A program made the position numbers and the translations under genes. Shown piece by piece: positions 38,344 through 51,119 of a stretch of 64,000 nucleotides of DNA. Under the pieces are notes generated by a model. That model was not told the origin of the DNA, did no database searches, and saw only the letters and a program-made list of their open reading frames with translations. This DNA is from Marsupella aquatica (lineage: Eukaryota > Plantae > Marchantiophyta), in assembly GCA_973895155.1 (NCBI GenBank), contig OZ316893.1, forward strand, positions 24,665,520 through 24,729,519, read 5' to 3'. Numbering within the stretch: position 1 is the stretch's first letter; each line of letters begins with the position of its first letter.

Positions 38344-38550
38344 ATGGATCTGACTAGGAGTCCGGATGATATTCTTGTTTCATTTTCTCTTGGAGATATT
38401 AGGATCATATGTCGTAAGAAAACTAATTTTCGTGATGTGTTGGTCCGCAAGTATGGTGAAGTAGGGTTTAACAGTATTTTAGTTTCACCTGAACCTTTCT
38501 TAATACCCACTACCCTTGTTACTAGAATTATCATTTTGATTTTAGTGTAG
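38344..38550 (+). CDS. LTR-encoded small protein 2 (68 aa), function unknown
   Basis: ATG 4 nt after the ORF1 stop. About 50% identity by eye to 59377-59586, with many synonymous codon changes. Confidence 0.65.
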   Translation: MDLTRSPDDILVSFSLGDIRIICRKKTNFRDVLVRKYGEVGFNSILVSPEPFLIPTTLVTRIIILILV

Positions 38551-38768
38551 AACTTATGAGCATGCAAGGTTAACTTCAAAAGAGCCAACATGCTCTTTCC
38601 AGAAAACACGGTCACCCGGACATAAGTGGCGACCATACTGGGGAACCGCTGGATTTGGAAGTTAGCTTGTGCATGTTTGAGTTCTAATGAATGAAGAGAG
38701 ATATGGTTTTGGAACTTTGAGTTCTTAACTTGTTTATATTATTAAGTCAAGAGGGAAGAATTGCAATC

Positions 38769-41700
38769 ATGGGAACTGAGATGAATCCAACTGACATGGA
38801 GAGGTTGTCATCCTTGATTGCTGCTTACTTACATGGAATGAAGGAGAAGGAGATGGAGGAGAACAAGAAGAAGAAGTTGCTTGGTAGGACCATGAAGTAC
38901 CTACACTCGGTTCTTACCAAGCAAGGAGAATTTGATGGGCAAAATGTAACCAAGTATCTCAAGGGGTACTGGACGGAGGCTACAATTCATAAGATTGATG
39001 CAGAAGTTGCAGTCAAGGAGTTTGTATCTTTAGTAGAACCTGAACTCAAGGGAATTGTTACTACCTTGATAGATGGAGCTACTGGGGAGAAGCATGGAAG
39101 GTCTTTGAGTTGAAGATGAAAGAAGAATTTCAGCTTGAAGATCCAGATCGGGTTACTCAAGCATCTTTCCTTGATTGGGTGGCCGATAGAAGCAAGAAGT
39201 TGGGACCTCGAGAACTGATAAGGGAGTTTACGAAGAAGTTCAATCAGCTTCCTAAGATTGGTTCTGAAGTTATCAAGGTACAGAAGGCTACTTTACTTAT
39301 CCGAGCTGCTGATGAGAAGCTTCAAGACGAGTTGGAGCTTGCTCTGGAATTGATGAACCCAAGTCGTGGAGCCAGTCCACCAACTTGGGAGGAGATTGAG
39401 ATTGCTGTGCTTAGGGTCAGCCAAAAGCATAGAAGAAAAAAGCTGAGTCATGAAGGTGCTCTACATGCGGTTGCACCTGTGACTTCTATGAGGAGAATGG
39501 AGAAAATAGAGTCAACAACTGGTAGGGGTGAGAAAAGCATGGACAAAATGGATGAGTTGTCTGAACTCATGAAAAATCTTACCATTCTTGCCACCCAAGC
39601 CTTCGAGCAGATGGGAGGAGGTGCATCAAGACCAGCGTCAAGAGGTGGTCCAGGAGCCGGGAGTTCCATTGGCGGAGCAAGGAGTTGGAATTATATTTGG
39701 TGTGATAGCAAGGAGCACTCAAGGCGTGAATGTGGGGAGCTTTCTGTTGCTCTGAGAGAGAGAATAGTCAAGTTCATTGATCATGATGGCATAAGAAAAC
39801 TTGCTTATCATGATTCAGGAGAGCTTATTCCAGTAAACACAAACAAGGGCGGTATAAAGGTGTTGGTGGAGAGAAGAATGACTGAACATCATACTTCAGC
39901 CATTGCAGCAGCTTTTGGAGATCAGGATGAGCATGAAGCAGATGTTTACACCCTCTTTGGGAGTTCTTTGTCAACAGAGACAGACAAGAAGAGACTAGCA
40001 AAGTTTGTAAGGAGGAAGTCAGGTTGGAGTGATCCAATGTTGATCTCTTCTTTCACTGCAGAAGTGGGATCTCTATGGGATTCTATGGTAGAGGAGAAAC
40101 GAAAGTCGTCGGAACCTTTGGAAGAACATGCCAAAGGAAAACAAAAGGTTGAGCCTGGACCCTCTATTTTGCAGCCATCATCAAGAGTCCCAACAAGGAA
40201 GAGTGTTCGATTTGAAGATAGAGGAAGTACAACAAAGGAGCCTACTTCGACTCCTTCATCCTCAAAGGAGATGGAAGTGGTAAAAAAAGAGAAGGTGGAA
40301 AAGAAAGGACCTGATTGGGTCCTTGGAAGAGATGTTGAGCAACACATTGCGTATGATCAAGTTGCTGAGAAGTTTTGGAAAGCGGAGGTGAGCGGAGTCA
40401 CCAATGAGGAGTTTTTTGCTTGCATGAACTCCAAGGCTCAAGATGCATCACTTGCAAAGGTGAAACAAAAACGATTTTACAAGGAAGGACCTCATGCCTT
40501 GGGAATGGAGGTTTTTTCTGATGTTGATGAAGATGGAGAAGGTTCAATTGTTTCTCAAGCCAGTGTGGAGTGTGAAGTGTATCAAGTGAATGCGGAGAAG
40601 ATCCCTAGACCACAGATGCTAGGGTCTTCGACAAAGGAAGTTCCTGAACCAAAGATGTCAGGAGTTGAGGTATTGGAGATGTGGAAACCATTGGCGAAAG
40701 CAACAACAGGATTTGCAGTGACCCAGGATATGGCAAAAATTAGTCGTGAAGAGGTGCTCAAGGCCTCACAAAGTGTGTGGGTCATGTGTGCTTCAGCTAT
40801 GAAGAATTCTGATTTAGGAGACGACAAGGAGTCCATCTTGGAGCCGTTTTGGGCAAGAACTTGCTCAGTTGTGGAGGTAGAGCTTGTAGGAATGGAGGGC
40901 AAAGCTCGAGCATTGATTGACACAGGATCTGAGGTGAATCTAATGTCAAGAAGCATCTATGATCTTGGGCAATGGATGATTGATTGTGATACTCAATGGT
41001 CTGTCAACTCAATCAATCGTTCAAAGAATATACTTTGGGGAGGATGCCCTGGAGTATCAGTGAAGGTTGGCCATGTGATAGAACCAACTAACATCTTTGT
41101 GCATGATAGCTTGCCCTATGATCTCATTCTAGGGCAGCCTTACATTACTCAAGCTCGAATGGAGTACAAGGTCCTACCAGATGGCACTCATATGGCAAAG
41201 GTAAGGAGTCAGGATGAATTGCGGGTTATCCAATTTCCTGTAGTGAAACCTGGACATTGGAGGAATCGGAAGGAGTTGAGAGGACCTGAACCCAAGGAGG
41301 GAAATGAGGATTTCCGGAAGGCGTCTTGTTAAGCAATGCGGGAAGGCGGGAAGCCATCGCCAATGACCCGCTGGTGACTTGGAATGTGAATAGTTTGTTG
41401 GCAAGCTCATTTGAAGGTGAAAGCTTGCATTGTCAAATTTCTTATGTGAAAGTGTGTGAAGCTACTAAAAAATTCAAAAAAAAAATTGTAAGGATTGAGG
41501 ATACTATGCAAATACATGGATTGCTAGAGGAAAGCGAAGAGATTGAAGGCCTTCTAGATGAAGAAGGAGTAAAAGTATCTTTGAAAGAAATAATTGAAGG
41601 TCTTTCAGAGGGGAAAGCTCATATGGAAATCAATCATGAGCTGTATGGCGAGTTGTCTCAATTTGTTGAGGTCAACACCAAGTACAAAATAGTGGAGAAG

Positions 41701-44700
41701 AAAGTGAGACCAACAGCAATTCCTTTACCTTTGGATGCTAGGGAGATTTTGGAGAAGGCAGGTAAATAGACCAGTCTTAGAGATCGGACTAAGATTGGCC
41801 ACAAATTCACGAAGGAGACCCTTAATCAACTAAGGATTGGTGATGATGGGTTGCTGACAAAAGAAGAGAGAGAAGAGTTTCAGCAAATGATTGGTGAGCA
41901 TGGTAAGGCTTTTGCCTTTTGTCCTGAAGAGATGGGATGTGTGGATCCTAGTGTTGTTACTCCTATGGTAATTTTCACTGTCCCGCATGTTTCTTGGGAC
42001 TTGAAACTCATTCCAGTGCCCAAGGCTTTGTTACCTAAACTTATTGATCTATTAAAGGAGAAGCTTTCCACTAGGATTTTGGAAAGAACAGATGCACCTT
42101 ATTCTAATCGTTGGTTTACCATTCGTAAGAAAAATGGTAAACTTAGATTTATTCAGGACATGCAACCACCTAACAAGGTTACTATTCGCAATACTGGAAT
42201 AGGACCTATAGTAGATGAGTTTGCGGAAGAATTTGCTGGTAGAGCCATCTATTCATGTGGTGATCTCTATTCAGGCTATGATCAGTTTCAGTTGGCTCAG
42301 AGTAGTAGAGATATCACCACTATGAGGACACCTTTGGGGCTACTTTGCATGTGTACCTTGCCTCAAGGGGCAACCAACTCGGTGGCTCACATGCAAAATG
42401 CCATGAATAAGGTATTACACTGTTTCATTCCAGAGAAGACACAACCATTCCTTGATGATATGCCAATCAAGGGATGCTTGGAGACAAAGAAAGATGAGAC
42501 TATACGTGAAGATGGTTTGCGACAATTTGTATGGGAGCACATTCAAGATGTGAAAGCAATCTTGAAGAGGTTAATTGAGGTTGGGCTCACTCTTTCTGGT
42601 GAGAAATCTTCATTTGGGCTTCGTGAAGTCCTAATTGTAGGACAAATTTGTGGAGTTGATGGGAGAAAGCCAAATGGAGGAAAAGTAGATGCAATCAATC
42701 AGATGAAAGATTGTAGGACAACTTTGGAGGTGCGAAGGTTCCTTGGCCGGCGCTTGTTTGTTCTATAGGATCTGGATTCCTCACTTTGCACATATTGCTG
42801 ATCCTTTGTACGGATTATTGAGGAAGAATGTGCACTTTGTTTGGACAGAGGCACATAAGGAGGCTATGCAAAGGTTAAAGGAGGCCTTACTTAGCCCCCT
42901 TGTTTTACATCCCTTATGCTATGATGGAAGACCCATCATTGTCATTGTAGATTCAAGTCTTGATGCTGCTGGATGGGCGGTAGGACAGGATGATGAGGAG
43001 GGGAGAAGATTTGCAGCAAGGTTTGGAGCTAAGATCTTTTCAGCAAGGCAAAGGCATTACCCTCAAATCAAGCGAGAGTTGTGGGGAGCAAGGATAGCCT
43101 TGTGTCAAGAAAAAGTCTACTTGATTGGAGCACAAGTCATTCTTGAGACTGATTGTTTACCACTTTTAGGGATGATTGCTAACTGTGATACTCCAGACAT
43201 TGCTATGCTACGTTGGATAGCTTTTATTAGGATGATCAACCCCAAGCTTTGACACATTGTTGGAAAAGATAATCCAGTAGCAGGTATGCTTTCAAGAGCC
43301 CGCTATGATCAGAATGAAGTGGAGGCAGTTCAAGTGATGAATGGAGAGTTTGAGGTCTTAACATTTCGAGAGGAGCTCTATTCTGGAGAGTTGCTCTTGA
43401 TTGGAAGGTACCTTAGTACTCTTCACAGGCCTGTTGAAATGATAGAAGAGAAGTTTCAACAATTACGGAAGAAGGCTTACAAGTTCATGCTCAAGGATGG
43501 TGTTTTATGGAGAAGGTCTTTGAAGAAAGGACATGTTCCTTGTAGAGTTCTTGATACAGATGAAGAGAAGAAGAGAGTCTTATGGGATTCTCATGATGCT
43601 GTTGAAGCAGGACATCGAGGAGTTAGAGCTACCTATGAGCGGGTTCAAAGGTGGTACTGGTGGTCAGGCATGTATGTGGATGTAAAATCCTATGTTGGAT
43701 CTTGTGAGAGTTGTCAGTATTACTCTAAAGTTCGGTTTAGAGATGGACTTAATCCCACTAGTCCTTTTTCTTTACATTTTCAGTGGGCAGTAGATGTGGT
43801 GTACATGCCATGGGGAATTAGGGGGGCAAAGTACCTTGTCCTTGCAAGAGAAGATTTATCTTCTTATGTTGAAGGAAGGGCTTTAACCTCTAACACTACA
43901 AAAGCAGTATGCAGGTTCATACTTGAAGACGTTATAGCACGTCATGGTTGTTTTGTGCAAATGAGAGCAGATAGAGGAGAGTTGAATTCTGAAGAGGCTA
44001 CAGAATTTTTTGACCGGTTCAACATCAAGCTCAAACTCACTACTGCCTACAACCCAGAAGGAAATGGAAAGATTGAGCGAGGGCACCCATCGATAGTGAA
44101 TGCCTTGGTGAAATCTTGCCGAGGAAAACCATCGCTTTGGCCCAATCTTCTACCATTTGCTCTTTTGGCAGATCGAATGACATGCACTACCACAACAGGA
44201 ATTACGCCTGCCGAATTAGTCTCTGGACATTTGCCTTTGATGCCGATTGAGGAAAATGTTCAAAGTTGGAGGATGATTGAATGGCAAGATAGAATCTCCC
44301 AAGAAAAGTTGCTGGAGCGAAGGATTGAGCACTTTAGCCAGACCAAGGAGAAGATTGAGGAGGTGTTACTAAGGCTAAAGGAGGCTCGTGAGAAGAATAA
44401 GGAACGATTTGACAAGACCCATCGTTTGAGACCAATTCCCATCCAGAATGGAGATTGGGTCTTGATCTATGAGGGAGGGTTGGAACAGCAACATTCTACT
44501 CTGAAGAAGTTTGCACGTCGTTGGAGAGGACCATTTGTGGTGGAGGAGGTTCATCCTAATGCAACATATGTGGTAAGAGAACTTGATGGAGCAATTCATC
44601 GTAATCCCTATGCAGGGAAGCGAGTGAAATTGTTTAAACGAGGAACTCGATTTGTGATAGAGGAAGAGTTTGAACCCGACGACTATGAGGCTTTAGATGA

Positions 44701-44713
44701 AGAAGACATGTAG
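38769..44713 (+). pseudogene. Gypsy gag-pol (gag, aspartic protease, RT, RNase H, integrase) with a few stops and frameshifts
   Basis: PR LIDTGSEVN; RT GDLYSGYDQ...PQGATNS...FLDD; RH IVDSS...ETDC; IN SHD..GH...CESC, AVDVV, RADRGE, NGKIERGH, RWRGPF. Confidence 0.95.
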
Positions 44714-44766
44714 CGATTCTAGGTGTGGTGCATACCGGAAGATGCACAGGTTTGGTAGGGGTGATG

Positions 44767-45924
44767 TGTCGTGATTTTCTCTTAAGTTATAAAAAATTGT
44801 TTGTTTTAATATGTTATAGATTATATAAGTAATTTAGTAGTTAGATTATTAAATTTAAACTTTATTAGACTTCTTTAGCTATATTAACGGACTATAGAAG
44901 TTCCACCAATGCATATGAGTAGTTCCACCAACTACAATAATATTCACCAACGCATAGTGGTTCTACCAACGCACAGTAGGTCCACCAGCGCATAGTAGTT
45001 CTACCAACGCACAGTAGGTCCACCAATGCATAGTAGGTCCACCAACGCATAATAGTTCCACCAACGCATGGTAGTTCCACCTACTAAAAGTAGTTTCACC
45101 AACTATGAATAGTACTAGCAAACTCTTAGGTATTAGATGTTTGACACTTGGCCTTCATCCAAGCGCTTGGGCTTGATCCATGCCCTCTTGGTGTGCACTA
45201 TAAATAAAGTAGTGAGGGGCACTCTCCCCTCATTCTGCAGTGTTTATCATTCAAGGTTGGGAAACTCTTTTGTGCCTTGAACATAGTAGTGGGGCGTCCT
45301 TTGGCCCGGATAGCAAAGGAATGAGTGGTAGACTTATAGATGGGACCTTAGGGAATAAGGTTTCTTTGGAAATATAGGGGTGGGGCGTCCTTTGGCCCGG
45401 ATAGCAAAGGAATAGGAGAGCCATCATGAATCCAGGAGAGAGAGTTATCCCTGATCTTCCCCTTCGTAATTCGTTTTCGATTAGAGTCCATCTTTTAGAC
45501 AAACCATCTATGAGGCAACATCTAACCTATCATTTTGGAGCTCAATTTGCAACTGCTGTTATGGTTTCTAACGAGTCAATAATATACCCAGTGGTGTCAT
45601 ACCGAGAGGAGTGGGAGTGCATCATCTTTGTCCTTTATTGAAGTCATGGATCTGAATAGGAGTCCGGATGATATTCCTGTTTCATTTTCTCTTGGAGATA
45701 TTAGGATCATATGTCGTAAAAAAACTAATTTTCGTGATGTGTTGGTCCGTAAGTATGGTGAAGTAGGATTTAACAGTATTTTAGTTTCACCTGAACCTTT
45801 CTTAATACCCACTACCCTTGTTACTAGAATTATCATTTTGATTTTAGTGTAGAACTTATGAGCATGCAAGGTTAACTTCAAAAGAGCCAACATGCTCTTT
45901 CCAGAAAACACGGTCACCCGGACA
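44767..45924 (+). repeat. 3' LTR, with intact small ORFs at 45426-45641 and 45646-45852
   Basis: Direct repeat of 37465-38622. Confidence 0.97.
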
Positions 45925-47841
45925 GCGGCTGGAAGATCGCTAGGACAGGAGGAAGCCGTGAGCACGACAGGTTTCAGCGATTGAAACAAGCTCTTGCATT
46001 TTCAAATTGAGTAGCGGCGGGAAGGTGGCTAGGATAGGAGGAAGTCGTCACCCAGGTCGGGAGAAACCCTCAGAAAAGACAAAGGTAAGGTGAATGCCAG
46101 GTTGGAAGAAACCCTTACCAAAGACAAAAGGTGAGGTACAAGCGCAGGCTCAGGCCATTGGAGAGACGGTGCTCAAGCTTGGACTTAAATACCCTATAAC
46201 AGAGGTGTAAATAGTGTGTAAATCATATGTAAATAGGGTGTAAATGGGCTAGTTGATAAAAAAGCTGAAGAATTTGTTGTGATGAAGAAGTGCATCTAAA
46301 AGAGTGAACAAACTAGGGTCATTAGTGTGAAAGATAGACATTAGGTCCACAGCTCCATAGAATTTAATTAGAGTTTGAAAAGCCTAAATTAAAGCAACCC
46401 AAAGTAGTGAAGGCAACACTTTTTGGGAGTGAGATTTTGAAACTGCAAAATGAAGACGTAGTAAATGCCATTTTACACTACAAGTAGCTCCTTGTAGGCC
46501 TGTAAAAAAGATTACAAATTGGTGTTAAGCTTGGTTTTAGAACCCAAGTTGACAGCGGCCCGAGTCAATCTGGATGATCTTTTAAGTGTAAGGGTTGAGT
46601 TCCAAAGCCAAATTAGAAGTGAGAAGTTGTGAGGGAATGTACATGTGTGCAAGGCTTGACTTGTAGACCCTGTAAAGAATGTGTAAATGGGCTAGTTGAC
46701 AAGGAAAATTGCAAACTAGTGATTTTTATTGTGCCCACTCTAAACTCCCAAGCTTCACTTTAGTCCGCGTCGTGACTAAAGTTTCACTGCCTCTGTGAGC
46801 TTTGCAGTCCACCTTACAGATCGAACAAAGCAATCACCTCCCTTCACATCCGCACTAATCACCTTTCGCAAAGAGTTGCAATCACCTTCCGCAATACCAG
46901 GAAGCTTGCTCCCTCTCGTTCAATGCCTTCTGCAGCAGGAGCGATCACCTCTGCCGAAGCAACTTCAATTGAACACACAGCAACGGGGCGGGCAGCGACA
47001 ACATTGACAGTGAACGATAGACTCTACTCAAACGACCTCAAAGCTGTCACAAAAGAACGAGGAAACATTGAGGCAGAAAACAAAGTCCCTAGCACCAGGC
47101 AACCAAAGTATTGGGAAACCAAAGGATCGGGACCAAAGGAAGGGACGACATGCCATTCCAACAATGGGAAGGGGGAACGGGACGCGGGAACGGGCAATTT
47201 TTTGATGGTGGGGATGGATGCCTATGATCCAATGGTCCCTAAACCCCCATCCCCTTAACATGCAACCCCCGACCCTTCACATCAAACCCCCCCTAAACCC
47301 CCTTTAGTGAAAACCCAGCCACCCCCTAGCTAGCCTTGACATATAAACCCCCTAATGTGCTTAAGACAACTCGACTGTGGCGACACTATGTTTGCAATGC
47401 CAGGGTCATCCATTTAGAGCGCCGCTTGCAAGCTCTGGCTCTCAAGATCCTCCCAAGGCAGCAAACAAGTTAGGGTTCACGGTCCATGTTCCATCCCTCT
47501 GTAGTCCACCCTCCATGAACCTCACTTCATTAAACCCAAAATATTTTTGGTCACAAAATAAGGCCATTTAATGAGTTATGCCCCTTGCTATCACCCTCTT
47601 TATATAATTACCCCTCCTCAGCATAAGTGGTCATTACCCATGATGTGCTAGACTATTCATCCTTCACAAAGTAGGAAGGTTACTTCTCATAGTCTTTTAG
47701 TGAACCATAAAACACTAATAGTCTTTTGTAGTCTTCAACAAAACCGGTGCAATGGGTATGAGTCGTTTTAAGTATGGAAAAAGGACTTAGTGGGCTTAGT
47801 CCTATAAGGTATGGTCTAAATTGCCCCGGTTTCTACTAGTG

Positions 47842-50800
47842 CAGTGCCGTGGTTAGTCTTAGGCCAAAATCCATTTTTCAATGGAAATTGATTATTTCCC
47901 TCCCCTTCCATTGCAAGCCCATTTGACAACAGCTCCACAATTCTTTCCCAATATTTAACAAGAGGAAATCTTTCCTTGTATGCTATTGACGTCTCATCAA
48001 TGCAACTCCTTCTCAAAAAATCAAGGTACTTGTTAAGGAATGGGATTATCTCTTCTGATTTTTTGTGTATCTCTCCTATGGATTTAGCTAAGGGTTGTCC
48101 ACTGGGTAAAAGAAGAGAATTTGTTATTGGATCAGTTGCCCAAATGCACCTTCCGCCAACAGGAGCCCAAGCTTGCTTAACATGGGACTTATACTGAAAT
48201 ATTGGTACATTATCTCTCATAGAGAAAAGAAATGATACCGGTTTTGAGTGACCTTGAATATCTTTGACCTTAAAACTTTGAAGATATTCTTTGTAAGATG
48301 CAACTTCTTGTATCAATCTTGGAACTGGATGAATGCTCTCACATTCCCAAACCTCTGCCATTAGTGCAAGAAGGGTTGCAACTTCCTTGTGCTGAACTTG
48401 ATATGATACCTTGGAAAATAGTGCATCAACATCTTTGTGCGTATGACCAACCATTAGAAAGGACATTTGAACAGTTTCAAATATTCCTCTACTCACAAGC
48501 TCCGAGCAAAATGCCATGACCGTTTGGTTTTTGTTGTCCTTTGCTGAATTATCCATTTGCAATGTTAGGTGCCTTGGCAAGGGCATGAACAACGGACTGC
48601 CCTTCTCACCACCCACGTCCCCTCCATCATCCTCATCCTGTCGGGTTGGGATGGTCTCAGTCTGACTGTCGGCAGCTCCATCTTCAGAACCAATATACCT
48701 ATTTACTTGAATATTCTTTGGTTCCAAATATCCAGACAAAAATGCATCAAAGTCAAGTAGGGCTTGAAAGAAAGGTCTGTGAGGTTCCCAATGCAAGCCA
48801 TCAAGCATGTCACCTGTCTTGTCTCCATTGTACTCTTCAAGATCTCGAAGACACTTAGCCAAGGATGTCACTGTGAAATCTGCATCTCCTGGCCAAAGGC
48901 CAATGACACTAAAGTGTGCATATACTCCTGGATCTCTCCCGTGGGTCAACATCCTCGTGAGAGCGATAGGTAGCGGCATTCCATGACCCGAAAGTGATTT
49001 AGGAGTACTAACCATTTTTGGAATCCATGTCTTTGCTTGATCCATCTTGTCGTGAATAATGCAAAGATATTCTCCTGGATGTTGCTTGGCCATCACTCGA
49101 TGAGCGTAGTAAACATATCTACGTGACATTTGCTCACAAAGATGTTGAGCTCTATTTTCTTCAATTTCAGCACGTTCTTTTTTCCTTCTCTCTCGCATCA
49201 AACTGTCTTTGTATTCACAACAAAGCGTACACTTGGCAAATGCGCCATCCTTGTGAAAACTGAAGTTTGCAAATGATGTGCTCCATATCTTGTAGAGAGT
49301 GTTATCCGTAACAGGAGGAAGCCCTTCTTCCTTCATCTTTGTTCTCACATCTTCCAAAATCTCTAACTTTTTGTAACACGCTGGAAGTCGATACTCAATG
49401 TTGTCTGTCCCATGAGCCCTTCCATAAGGCATATGAGGCATTGGCTCTGCATTTTGAGTCAAAAATGCCTCTAGAAGAGCTCGCGCATGCAAGGTATTTG
49501 ACCTTGTTTTCTTCAAGCCTGTGTTCCCATGGAACCCAATAATTTGCAACCCTCCATGTATCTTCTCTTGTAATCATAATACTTGGTGTGATTAAAACCA
49601 TGGATGGTTGCAAATGCATCTTTACAGATGACCATACCTTTGAGAACATGGTGTCCCTTATCACGAACATCATCCTCTCTATAGTGGAAGAGGTTGAAAA
49701 TGTGTGATGTTTTGGACTCGCTAGACATCCCGTGAAATTCCATCCTAACATCTTCTATATCTTCCCTTGGCATAATGCGACAACATTTATGCTTGCAGCA
49801 ATTTACTCTTTTGATCTCATCAATTGCGGCTTCTGTTGTTTTTGAAACTGCCTTGGTTTGCAAGAGCCTCCTTTTCTTCTCAACAGGATCAACTTGATTC
49901 CTCTTGTTGAAGTTATATGGCCTTTGACGACATCCGGATGCGGATCCAACCACATGATCCGGATTCAGATCATCCCTATCCATTGACTCCATATTCTCTA
50001 TACCTTCTACCAGAATGTCTGACAAAATTTTTCCAGTTGCTACTAGTTTTGTGTGATCAATTCGCCATCGAACCAAACTAATTACTCCCTTGTGAATGCT
50101 TGGAAAGTATTGCGATTCCATGACATCTTTCACAACAACCCCTACATAGTCTTCTCCCAGGATTTCATCATCAACAACCGCCGTTGCTTGAGGCACAGTG
50201 ATAGTCCCAGTGGCAACCTTACTCGATCGTCCTGAACCAATGTATAATTCGACCAACTCTGACATCCAGTTGGACCGTTGGTAATAATCAGAATGAGTTT
50301 TGGTCGATTTTGTTGATGGAGAATGTGAGACAAAACTCTCCTCAATTAAAATGTCGCCATCACCTTGCTTCTTAGAGGAAGACTTTCTACCTTCATCAAC
50401 ATTCCAACCTTTTTTATGAACATCGGCCAAGTCCCAGAGAACCCGTGAGTCTTTTGCCTCTTCAATTGTTTCAGCCCCATTGTGTATGTAAGGTAGAGCC
50501 TTACTACCATGAATAACATCAGTGATTTTCACACTGATCCGAGACTCACCAAGTAATATGTTGTGACATCGGTCCTTTGGATTTACCTTGAAAATAACTC
50601 CAAGGGCTACACAACACCCATCAATGAGCATTTCAACCTCGTCCCCTTGCCTTAGAGTGTTTGATGCATCCTCCATAACAATTGTAGGAGATTTATCCAA
50701 GTTATTATCTGGTCGAGTTGAACAACTACCAGTACTGATGCGTTTTTGGGAATCTAGAGTTATAGAGAGATACGCGCACGAGATCTCCCAAATAACACAT

Positions 50801-51037
50801 GAGTCAATGGCATCGAAAAGATTTTCTACCCTTGGTAGTGGAAATGGTAGTTTTCGAGTTGGCTCGAAAACCTTCTCCACAAGCACACCAATTCAATTAT
50901 CTCCCAACAATATGTTGTGCACCCTATCCTAGGGGTTAATTTTCTAAACTGTCCCACAACCGACATCATATCCATCAATTGTCAAGGTCACATCATCACC
51001 TCTTGAAAACCTTCCAGTCATTCTCGGATTTAGTAAC
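47842..51037 (-). pseudogene. Element B transposase main body: tandem TNP1/EnSpm-like N-terminal domains, Cys clusters, DDD core
   Basis: CCKHKCC, ICKDAF, FAKCTLC, IIHDKMDQAK, LQMDNSAKDNKN, FLMVGHTHKDVDALFS. Frameshift at ~49550. Homologous to 16110-18782. Confidence 0.88.
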
Positions 51038-51119
51038 CTGCACAATTTTCAGAAAAACCATCACAAATCCGAATGACAAGAATTTGAAGAGACTCACAAT
51101 TATCCATACGGTCATTTGA

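Larger units (their letters stand above)
37465..38622 (+). repeat. 5' LTR: U3 with ~19-bp ccaacgcatagtaggt repeats, TATA cactataaataaag, two small ORFs
   Basis: Direct repeat with 44767-45924 and 10416-11556. Confidence 0.97.
37465..45924 (+). mobile_element. Full-length Ty3/Gypsy LTR retrotransposon, 1158-bp LTRs, 4-bp TSD GCGG
   Basis: LTRs 37465-38622 and 44767-45924 (TG...CA, about 8 differences seen by eye). GCGG at 37461-37464 and 45925-45928. PBS at 38627-38644 (tRNA-Arg-like TGGCGACC). Purine-rich tract before 44767. Domain order gag-PR-RT-RH-IN. Confidence 0.97.
34185..47841. mobile_element. Non-autonomous CACTA element, ~29-bp TIRs, 3-bp TSD CAG
   Basis: CACTAGTAGAAACCGGGG at 34185 and ccccggtttctactagtg ending at 47841. 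CAG at 34182-34184 and 47842-47844. agtc/gact subterminal repeats. No transposase inside. Confidence 0.95.
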
